Part shown: one piece after another, positions 23,921 to 34,540 of the stretch
Layout of the letters: each line of letters begins with the position of its first letter
Position numbering within the stretch: position 1 is the stretch's first letter
DNA from: Eledone cirrhosa
Taxonomy: Eukaryota
Reading direction: 5' to 3'
Length of the DNA: 64,000 nucleotides
Assembly (NCBI GenBank): GCA_964016885.1
Contig: OZ024742.1
Coordinates: 71,920,001-71,984,000 of the forward strand
Translations under genes and position numbers: made by a program
The notes under the pieces: generated by a model
Seen by the model: only the letters and a program-made list of their open reading frames with translations
The model's database searches: none
What the model was told of the DNA's origin: nothing

Positions 23921-25264
23921 TGTAAGACGGTAATAATGATGATTAACTACCACTATCACTCTTATAATAAATACTATTGTGTATTTATGTATAATTTGTG
24001 ACATACAATGCAAGATTAGTCCAATCTTATTAGAGTTGACTTTGGTTAAAATATATGTACTGCATCATTGTTTCAATTTTTGTTGAGATTCTCCAGGGTG
24101 GCATTGGTTCGTTGACACTTTTTGAGGCTATTTTCTATGACCAGATACCCTTCCCCATGCTAGTTTTTAAATTAGGTGCTTTTTATTCCACTTGTCTTCT
24201 CATGTCAAACTGTTGAACTGCGAGACAAATATGACTGCTACCAAAGCACTAACAATGTGAAAACGTGCACAAACACACACACATAATATATAATACATTG
24301 TTTGAGAAAAAATGCATTCAGAATGACACTTGTGCACTTTGTCTCATAAGAAAAAGACTTGGAAATGTTAGCATGAGAGGTTGCTGGGTGAAAAGAATGA
24401 GTGGAAAGAGGGACTACTCCCAGTAGAACCAACAGAGATATCCTATATTGAGGTTGACAGTTATATTGTTAAAGAGTTAATATGAAGAAAGGGAAACCAA
24501 TAGTTGTAAGGATGCTGAAAATATCTAGTGATATGGCTTCATTACATGAATGGCGTAACACTATCATGACTGCTATAAAGGCAAAGGTGATACTCTACAA
24601 AAGAACACCTACAGAGGTATGGAATATGCTGTGGGGAGTTACTACCTATTGAACATGGCCATTTATTTGATGGCAACAAGATTTTGCCTTCTGTACTATT
24701 TACTAAAACCTTTGTCTTTGCAAAGTTTCTTCTCTAGGTCTTTGACAGTTTTAGCTATTAGTACTTGCTACCACATCTGCTGGTTTTAAATTCCTCTGTA
24801 GTGACCTGGAGAACTATAATAAACAGGAGTAGGCTAAGAACTAAGCCTTAATGTACTCCTACTAACATCCTGAATTCCTCTCAAAGCACATTGCCTACTT
24901 TCACTTAGCTTCCGACACATCTTTCAGAATTCTTTCATTTATACCTAGTTTTCTTCAAGACCATCAAATGGTAAAGAATGCTACTCTGTCAAAGACCTTT
25001 CTAGATCAACTAAAGCTAAACATTGTGACCTACTTATAGCTAGAAAACCTCAAGGCATGTATAGACCATGTGTTTCAATTTGTTTTGAAAATAATGAACA
25101 ATTTTCAGGAATTTAGTAATAATTTGTTAAGCTGATATTTGGAAAATAACTGAAGAAAAGGTTGTTACATAAAATTACGAGAGAAAGCTTTAATTTAACT
25201 ATAAACGTTATAAGGAGCAGTGTTGTATCATAAAATAAGGAAGTGGGTTGGTATAAAAAAAAGT

Positions 25265-26013
25265 GGCACTACCATGCTATTAGCTGTCAGAAGTGAAAGT
25301 TTTGTCAACATTCTCAATCGTAAACATCGTTTATTTCCGTATTACCACGCGTTATTTTAATAAAGCATATCAATGTAAGTGGAGTTACTTAAATGAAAAT
25401 ATAGGTGGCCCTTAAAAGGGCCAAATTAGAAAACAAGTCATGGTTATCAAATATTTAATCATTTATATTTTCATAGTCATGGTTATCAATGTAGAAAACA
25501 AGTCATTTTCACCAACAGTGGAATTACTTCTGACAGCTAATACCATGAACTTAAATGAATTTTCACCAACAGTGGAGTTACTTCTGACAGCTAATACCAT
25601 GAACTATATTTTCATAGTCATGGTTATCAATGCAGAAAACAAGTCATTTTCACCAACAGTGGAGTTAACTTAAATGAAAATATAGGTGGCCCTTAAAAGG
25701 GCCAAATTAGAAAACAAATATATGGTTATCAATTTTTTTCACCAACCCTATACATGAAATTGATAACCATGACTATGAAAATATAAATGATTAAATCCAA
25801 TTTATTTGATAACCATAACTTGTTTTCTAATTAACTTAAATTTGTTTTCTAATTTGGCCCTTTTAAGGGCCACCTATATTTTCATTTAAGTAACTCCACT
25901 TACATTGATGTGCTTTATTAAAATAACGCGTGGTAATACGGAAATAAACGATGTTTACGATTGAGAAGGTTGACGAAACTTTCACTTCTGACAGCTAATA
26001 GCATGGTAGTGCC
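25265..26013. mobile_element. Merlin-type non-autonomous element (MITE), GGCACTAC family
   Basis: Long TIRs GGCACTACCATGCTATTAGCTGTCAGAAGTG..; 8-bp TSD AAAAAAGT at 25257-25264 and 26014-26021; the GGNRM terminus plus 8-bp TSD fits Merlin. Confidence 0.8.
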
Positions 26014-26317
26014 AAAAAAGTTAATCTACTTGTAAATATGAGTATTTTGTCATAAATGTAAGATTATACATAAATTTCTCAGTGAATTTTTTTTTTTTTT
26101 TTTTCTTTTGGCAGACGTTAAGAATTAACATGAAGAAATTGAAGGTCTTTTGCTATTTAATACTCTCATTGTGGCACACTTTTGTTCTTTATTGTAGTCT
26201 GATAAACATAAACTGCAATAGTTAAGTCTTCCTTCCAGTATGTTTGCTTGTGAACTTTTAAAAGATTGTTACTGCTAAATGATTCGCCACATATTTCAGT
26301 TAAAAAGTTTTTCTCTA

Positions 26318-26671
<354 letters not shown>

Positions 26672-27007
26672 TTAAGTCAGTAATAGAAAGAAAACATTTC
26701 CCAAAAATATGTGATTTTTCTCCAGTGTGACTACGTATGTGGCTAACAAGATGAGAATTTTGAATGAAAGTTTTCCCACATATTTCACAATGAAACTGTT
26801 TTTCTCCGGTGTGTATTCTTTTGTTCTTAAGTTACCGTTAGAGACAAATGATTTCGTACATATTTCACAGCTAAAAGATTTTTCTCCACAATGTATTTTT
26901 TTGTGTTTCGTTAAATGTCCGTTACAGGCAAAATCTTTCCCACATATATCACAATGATTGGGCTTTTCTCCTGTGCGACTACGTTTGTGAACTACAAGTC
27001 GAGAATT

Positions 27008-28046
27008 GGCGATATCCAATTTTAGCGGCCTAAATGCCGCTTACTTGCTGTAGTTGCTGCTTACTTCAATGTATGAGGCTATTCCAACAAATTTACATTC
27101 CCTTTTTTTTAGCCGTTAAAAGAAATATAGATTTATTTATTGTTTTTTTTTTGTGATTTATTTGCCACTGGGGCATAGATTTATTTATTTGCCACGTTTT
27201 TGTTTGTTTTTTTTTTTTTTTTGCGATTTATTAGCCTTTTGGGGTCACACACACCCCCGTAGAAAGTGTGCGACCTTTCTGCCAGGGAGCACAGAGAGAG
27301 GAGGGTGCTCCCTTCTTCTCTTACCTGTACAAACCATTTGTTGGCCGGCGACATATCCCCACAGTTTCCTCGTTCTTTCATACTTATCCTCTTCAACTAC
27401 ACATGGATATTTGTCTTACTGTGGAGAAGGAATTAGAAACAGTTTTATCAAAATTCACTGCTATTCGGGAACATACAAAGCGAACTTTGGGTGACATACC
27501 AACTTCTGTTGATAATATAAGGAAAGCAATCAGTGAAGGTATTTATTACATTTTGATTGCATTTTTATTACAACCACTAATACTTACTATTATACCGAGG
27601 GGCCCTGCCCGTTCGGGAAAGGCTCTACAGACACGGATTCCGAGACGGAAACCCCTTGGAAAAGAAATGTCCCAGATGCGTTTGCAACGAGGAAACTGTG
27701 GGGATATGTCGCCGGCCAACAAATGGTTTGTACAGGTAAGAGAAGAAGGGAGCACCCTCCTCTCTCTGTGCTCCCTGGCAGAAAGGTCGCACACTTTCTA
27801 CGGGGATGTGTGTGACCCCAAAAGGCTAATAAATCGCAAAAAACAAACAAACAAAAACGTGGCAAATAAAGAAATCTATGCCCCAGTGGCAAATAAATCG
27901 CAAAAAAAAAACCAATAAATAAATCTATATTTCTTTTAACGGCTAAAAAAAAGGAATGTAAATTTGTTGGAATAGCCTCATACATTGAAGTAAGCAGCAA
28001 CTACAGCAAGTAAGCGGCATTTAGGCCGCTAAAATTGGATATCGCC
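27008..28046. mobile_element. Merlin-type MITE with ~365-bp TIRs and captured cargo
   Basis: Arms 27008-27374 and 27686-28046 are near-perfect inverted copies starting GGCGATATCC; 8-bp TSD CGAGAATT at 27000-27007 and 28047-28054. Confidence 0.88.
27403..27538 (+). pseudogene. RMND5: Captured first coding exon resembling RMND5 (GID/CTLH E3 ligase subunit)
   Basis: ATG-initiated MDICLTVEKELETVLSKFTAIREHTKRTLGDIPTSVDNIRKAISE followed by a phase-1 donor GAAG|GTATTT; resembles the RMND5A N-terminus MDQCVTVERELEKVLHKF as recalled from memory. Confidence 0.72.
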
Positions 28047-28320
28047 CGAGAATTTTTAACAAAATGTTTCCTACACATTTCACAATGGACCCATGTGTAA
28101 TGATTCTTGTTCAGTACCTGTTTCACTACGTAAATGTTTCTCATCACTCTCTGTCTGTGTAACTGTATGTATATGTGTAAAATCAGGTGTGTTAGATGTG
28201 TCTAAGTGATTGACGCACTCCATATTTTTGAAGAGTTCTTAAAAGTTGACAAAAATCTGATTATAATCTATCTTGTCTCAGATTACATGAGTAGAAAATA
28301 TACATTATAGATATATTTTC

Positions 28321-28456
28321 GGCACTACAATGCTATTAGCTGTCAGTCGAAGCAGCCGATAAAAGCAAAACATCGTTTATTTCCGTATTACTACCACGCG
28401 TAAGTGGAGTTACTTAAATGAAAATATAGGTGGCCCTTAAAAGGGCCAAATTAGAA
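28321..28456 (+). mobile_element. Single arm of the GGCACTAC Merlin-type family
   Basis: GGCACTACAATGCTATTAGCTGTCAG..GGTGGCCCTTAAAAGGGCCAAATTAGAA matches the 25265 arm. Confidence 0.75.
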
Positions 28457-28525
28457 TATACCGCTGCGTTTTTACAGTTTTACTAGTTACACATATACAC
28501 ACACACATATATATATATATATACA

Positions 28526-28605
28526 CATGGTGTCCCCTCCAAAATATATACACACTTTGATTACTTTGCTGTTGAAGTGTGTATACATTTTTTTGGGACA
28601 CTGTG
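28526..28605. mobile_element. Tiny Tc1/mariner-like MITE
   Basis: Imperfect TIRs GTGTCCC..AAAATATATACACACTT / AAGTGTGTATACATTTT..GGGACAC in TA-rich flanks. Confidence 0.5.
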
Positions 28606-30318
28606 TTTGTGTGTGTATATATATATATATATTGGGGGAAGGGAGAAATTTTTGGATGCTATACCTGACATAATAAAAAAACAAAATACACCCCTAACAT
28701 TTGTCGGAATATCAATCACGAGAGTAGATAAATAAATATATAAATACATAAATAAGAAATGATAGAAAAGGAAAAGAAAATCCCTACATTATGTAATATT
28801 CCTAGTCACCCCTAAATTTCAAAACCGGGAGGGAAAAGTCCGAGGGTTAAAATCCCAAATGATAGGACCTCAAATACTAGTGTATCCCTTCGCATTTCAG
28901 TTTAAAGCAATACATATGATCGCTTTGATGACTCTTATTCGTTTCTAAGGGTCTCGTTTTTTTCTCTTCAATTCAATTAAGAAATATATATATATATATA
29001 TAATTAGTATTATTATTAAAATTAAATACCATTTATTCTGCGGCAGAGAGCTTCATCTTCTCCATCATTCGCTCCTCCAGAATCGTAGTACTCGTCGTTA
29101 TTGTATGTGTGTGTTTCTGCGTATATATATATATGTGGTGTGTATGTGTTTGTGTGTATATGTATATATGTTTGCGATCGCCACTCTCGCCCTTCGTGAG
29201 GAGAATGCTATGTACATATGTATATATATATGTGTGTATGTGTGTGCTTGGAATATTTATCAATGGTTGGTATATCGATGAACCTCTGATAGGCTTATAC
29301 AGAATTAATGGATCTCGTATGGGTTCCTTTCGTTTGATCACCAAGAACTACCCACACATTTGAATTTATAATGTAAATGGTTAAATGTTTCACAAACACT
29401 TGTACTCCCTTACTTTAACATACCCCTCCCCCATATACACATACTATGTGGGCACTCAGTTTGCTAGAAATAACAGCCAATTCTTTCCGCCCACCTTTAA
29501 AAAAATATTAAGAAAGAACACGATGTCCGATAATGTACTTATTAGATACACCTAAAACGACGGGATGGTCGTGGCTGGAATACCGTTGATCATAATGGAA
29601 TTCTGTGGTTTCGCCAAGGTTGACCTAGGGCTAAACAACAACAATAACGTAATCCCCAAGCAGAATCTATAAACAGACTAAAAAACAGCTTGTAAAAAAA
29701 AAAATGATATTTACCTGATAAAGAGGTAGGAAGCAGCTAGTGTTGATTTAAAACAGGGTATTATATATATATATATATATATATATACTGTTGGTTGCTG
29801 ATGTGTATTGAATTATGATGACAGACTGTTGTCGAGCACGAAATTAACCAGGTTCTTGTTTGAGAAAATGTATCGTTGCAGGTTTTACCTTTGTCCCTCA
29901 GGTGAAGGGGCCTTACTATCATGGAACGGGAATATTGTGATGGGACCCGACTTTTCCCCGCCCCTTCGGTCTAGCCCCGCAGGTACAGTCGAGTCCGCTT
30001 AAGAGTATACTCTTAACCGGACTAAGTAAAAATATTCCATAGTATTATTATTTTGAGTCTTTCAATGATTAATAATCGCTTTATTATCGTTTAAAATGCA
30101 AGTCAACAAAACTCTCTTGCAACATTGTAGAGTGAATGTAAAATTTTATAAGCTTCAGCTTTGAGAAACTATTCTCACCATTTTCCATCGATACTGGAAG
30201 TGTGAAAAGGATGCTCAATGCAATAGCATCATTTGAGTGATATAAACATTTTTGCCGATTTTAGAACTATTCCAGTTTATCATTTTTCCGAACTTACAAG
30301 GAAAAAATACGTATATAC

Positions 30319-30497
30319 GAGAAAAATGGCGCCAAACTTTTCCTTTTAAAAGAATAATGTGATTTGTCACGTTGTGTTCACGTGATATTACCTCTAAATA
30401 TGTGTATACGCATATACGTATACACATATTTAGAGGTAATATCACGTGACAAATCACATTATTCTTTCAAAAGGAAAAGTTTGGCGCCATTTTTCTC
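30319..30497. repeat. ~180-bp near-perfect palindrome
   Basis: GAGAAAAATGGCGCCAAACTTTTCC..GGAAAAGTTTGGCGCCATTTTTCTC with a small indel. Confidence 0.9.
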
Positions 30498-30841
30498 CAG
30501 AGAATAGCGAACATTTCAACAAATGCAGGAGAAATGAAGAAACAGATAAGAAAATGGCAAGTAATATCAAATAATTATTAAAAACGTTACAGGAGTCGCA
30601 TTACACAAATAATTAAGTTTCATACATACATATATATGTGTGTATGTATGTATATATATGTATTTTATCTGATGAAAGCGGTGGCCCTTGATATATGTAT
30701 AAAATAAATATAGTTTCCATTTATTAATATATTGTATACGTCATTGTTAACTCTAGGCTAATTTCTGCAAACCCAAATACAACGTCAAACGCAACTTCGT
30801 TAAATGTTCTAAATCAAGAAACTATTATTCCTATCGTAAAT

Positions 30842-31348
30842 AACTTCTCCAATCCAATTCCTTCTATAGATAACACTAGGTCACTTGTTAATAACTCTGT
30901 TAATTTCTCTAATCGCAATTGTAATTGCCCTGTTAAAAATAAATGTCCTCTCAACAACCATTGTCTTGAAAAAAACTTAATCTACGAATGTAAAGTTATA
31001 ACTGACACCAATTCCTTTACCTATTTTGGCTCCACTTCCACCTCCTTTAAAGCTCGTCTTTATAATCATCATTCGTTTTTTAAATACCAACTTAAAAGAA
31101 CCAACACGGTACTCTCAGAACTCATATGGTCCTTGAAAGACAAAAATATTAACTATAACATCTCTTGGAGGAAGGTTTGTTCTGCTTCTACATACTTGAA
31201 TGCTTCTCTATCCAAGACATGTAATCTCTGTTTATGTAAGAAATTTACCATTATATCTAATTTAGATTCTATAATAAATAGACGCACTGACTTGTTTTCT
31301 CTCTGCTTGCATAAATTCCACAGAACATTCCATAAAGTATACAGCTAA
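30842..31348 (+). mobile_element. Penelope-like element GIY-YIG endonuclease relic
   Basis: Open frame NCNCPVKNKCPLNNHCLEKNLIYECKV..YFGSTSTSFKARLYNHHSFF..TVLSELIWSLK..ISW..CNLCL. Confidence 0.8.
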
Positions 31349-31864
31349 TATCTAATACTTTACAAATTTAAAATCCTTTTCTCAAAGGCACATATATATA
31401 TTTATATACATATATATTTCTTTAAAAATATACCCATCTTTCTACCTTATTTCAATGTTATTTATTATACATTATATAATACTAGTTACTCATTCTATAT
31501 CACTCCTATTTATCACTTCCCTTTCTTTCTTTTTTTCCTTTTTTCTTTTAATCCATTCTTTACTCTCATCTCCCTCCTCTTTTTCATCCTTACCCCCCCC
31601 CCCCCTTCAATTTTTTTCACAATATCCCACATCAATCTAAAACTACTTTTCATATGTTGATTTAAAACTGCACTATTCACAAGTGTTTTTTAACCTTCAT
31701 ATCATGTCTCCCTATTTTATCTGACCAAAACGCAAATGTCATCGCATGATGATATTTGTTTTTGAAATGCGCATAATAAAATATATGGAACTCTTTTACC
31801 ATCTTTTGATCTTATATATATATATATAATATTTATTTTATTATACTTATTTCGAAGACATATG

Positions 31865-31970
31865 TCATTTGTATAATATCTGCCCTACGTGTTTTCTTCC
31901 GACAAAAATCCATGCAAGATGTAAATATCCGTTGATATGAGATCATGTAGGGCAGATGTTATACAAATGA
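31865..31970. mobile_element. Small MITE-like hairpin
   Basis: 24-bp inverted repeat TCATTTGTATAATATCTGCCCTAC / GTAGGGCAGATGTTATACAAATGA with one mismatch. Confidence 0.55.
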
Positions 31971-32009
31971 AATGGGAAAATGATACCGTCTTTCTTGTTT
32001 ATTATTATA

Positions 32010-32100
32010 ACCCGCCGAGGATAACTTTGCCTTTCATCCTTATGGGGTCGATAAAATAAAGTACCTGCTGGCCTTGTGCCAAAGTAGAAACAATTATTAT
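32010..32100 (+). mobile_element. 5'-truncated SINE of the 16680 family
   Basis: CCCGCCGAGGATAACTTTGCCTTTCATCCTT..GGCCTTGTGCCAAAGTAGAA. Confidence 0.75.
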
Positions 32101-32412
32101 AATAAAACTCCGGATAAACATAAACTGTTGAGTGTTTGTCATGTCTTATGAAAGAGTCAGCAGATTTTCAATCAACCAACTTTCCTTAGTTGAATATGTA
32201 TGTATATATATATACGTATATTTTCTTTAATATTGCAACATTAAAGGAATATATCCTTCTGAAAGAATCGCGAGCAATTTATAATGTCATTTAAGCATTG
32301 GTAATATTATTTATATATATATTTAAAACATATTTGCTATGTTATTCTACTGTAAATTTATTTATATGCTTTGTATATATTATATATACACAAATAATGA
32401 ATCTGTATATTA

Positions 32413-33012
32413 AAACATCGTTTGTATTATTCAATCAGTTTATTGAACAACTAGAATGCTCATAATCAAGTACTTTATATATATATATATCGTTTCTGAA
32501 TTTGTTTAGCAAGATTCTTTATCTGAAATCGTGTGTTGAAACCGATATTGTTATACTTTGGGAGGGTCATGTTGCCAATAAGAAACACACGCACCAGTTG
32601 TTTCACTTCAATTTATTATATATTTATAAATTTACAAATTTATAAATTTATAAATTTCTGGTTGGTTGGTTGGTTCCACAACCAGATAGTTGTTTATATA
32701 TAGTCATAGTCCTTTCGTCACACACTCTGTGACCTCTTCAGTGACTGTGTGTCACACAGAAACAAAATGGCGTAGGACAGAACAAAGGAGAGGCACAGAA
32801 ACAAAGAAAGGAATCCCCAGTCACTGAAGAGGTCACAGAGTGTGTGACGAAAGGACTATGACTATATATAAACAACTATCTGGTTGTGGAACCAACCAAC
32901 CAACCAGAAATTTATAAATTTATAAATTTGTAAATTTATAAATATATAATAAATTGAAGTGAAAGTAACTGGTGCGTGTGTTTCTTATTGGCAACATGAC
33001 CCTCCCAAAGTA

Positions 33013-33048
<36 letters not shown>

Positions 33049-33103
33049 ACTTGATTATGAGCATTCTAGTTGTTCAATAAACTGATTGAATAATACAAAC
33101 GAT

Positions 33104-33107
<4 letters not shown>
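32413..33107. mobile_element. Palindromic non-coding Penelope-pLTR-like element
   Basis: Inner arms 32550-32747 and 32818-33016, outer arms 32413-32477 and about 33043-33107; each inner arm carries a hammerhead core. Confidence 0.7.
32819..32863 (+). ncRNA. Minimal type I hammerhead ribozyme (mirror copy at 32702-32746, minus)
   Basis: AGUCA-CUGAAGA-G-GUCACA-GAGUG-UGUGAC-GAAA-GGAC-UA-UGACU: stem I AGUCA/UGACU, core boxes, 6-bp stem II. Confidence 0.65.
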
Positions 33108-33134
<27 letters not shown>

Positions 33135-33269
33135 ATGTGTGTGTATGTATGAATCTCTATATATATATGTATGTATATCTATATATATGTGTGTGTGTAT
33201 GTATATATATGTGTATGTATATATGTGTGTGTGTATGTATATATGAATCTATATATATATATATATATG

Positions 33270-33326
<57 letters not shown>

Positions 33327-33329
33327 TAT

Positions 33330-33938
33330 GTCAGGTCACCAGTTGGTGCTACTGGTAACATGTATCCCAGTACAACCTGTCTCATGGTCGGGTCGTTGGC
33401 GACTAAACTGGCAACCCCACCAAGGTTTCTTGGTGAGGAGGGTGACTTTGGACATCCTGCAGGACTAAAAACAAAACCTGTCAAAGGACAAAGGACCTCT
33501 TAAGAGTCAATGGCCATCCAAAATCACCGGGAGAGATGACCCCTTAGCCTTTGTAAAGGCAGAATTCTAGGAGAAGGAAAACTCTGATATAACACCTGCA
33601 ACCCTGATGGTATCCAATGATGTTGGCTTGTTCTTCTTTTTGGTAAATATCATCTTGGTTAAGAGAGTGGGACTGGCTTTGTGCAGTGCCCTTCCTCACT
33701 ATAAAAGCTTCACGGCACAGGTATTGCTTTATATCTGGAGATCTCTTAGCACTTGTCGTCACATGGTGCCATGGGCCCAGCACTATGTGTCAATGATTGT
33801 CACAGGTGTAGTGTTTGTACCAGAGTTTTCAAGTCGCTGGCTGGACTAAAAAGTCACACTCGTTCAGCGTATCGGTAGGGGTTCTCCTACATGGATATAA
33901 AGTCATGGCCGTACTCGAAAACGAGTTGGCAGCCACCA
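33330..33938 (+). mobile_element. Non-autonomous bipartite RTE derivative (5' UTR joined to 3' end)
   Basis: TAAACTGGCAACCCC and GAGAAGGAAAACTCTG 5'-UTR-type motifs; 3' end TACTCGAAAACGAGTTGGCAGCCACCA matches the LINE 3' end at 59521; homolog at 58870-59497. Confidence 0.65.
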
Positions 33939-33939
33939 T

Positions 33940-34540
33940 ATATATGTGTGTGTATATATGTGTGTGTATGTATATATATGTATATATATATATATGAAGA
34001 TAAATTAATGGAGCCATAGAGTCGCGTTATTCCCTGTAAATTATGTGCTCAAAGGGAACGGAATCCTATACATATTGTATATGTATATGCATGTATATGT
34101 ATATATATATGCATGTATATGTATATATATATATGCATGTATATGTATATATATATGCATGTATATGTATATATATATATGCATGTATATGTATATATAT
34201 ATATGCATGTATATGTATATATATATGCATGTATATATATATGCATGTATATGTATATATATATGCATGTATATGTATATATATATGCATGTATATGTGT
34301 ATATATATGCATGTATATGTGTATTTGTATATGTGCGTATGTATGTATATATATGAATATATATATATATGTGTATTTGTATATATGTATATGTGTGTAT
34401 GTATGTATATGTGTGTATGTATGTATATATGTATATGTGTGTATGTATGTATATATGTATATATATGCATGTGTATATATATATAGATGTAATCTGAATT
34501 TTATAGATGTAATCTGAATTTTATAGATGTAATCTGAATA
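33940..34540. repeat. TA/TGCATG minisatellite and about three copies of the 20-mer ATAGATGTAATCTGAATTTT
   Basis: Directly visible. Confidence 0.9.

Noticed and set aside
27268-27918. 216-aa ORF across the MITE as a transposase or gene
   Set aside because: It runs through both TIRs and an intron-like stretch with no DDE motif; only 27403-27538 looks like real coding sequence
31715-31781. Hammerhead ribozyme downstream of the GIY-YIG relic
   Set aside because: A long stem II and GAAA are present but the core reads CUGACCA and the cleavage triplet is missing; at best a dead copy
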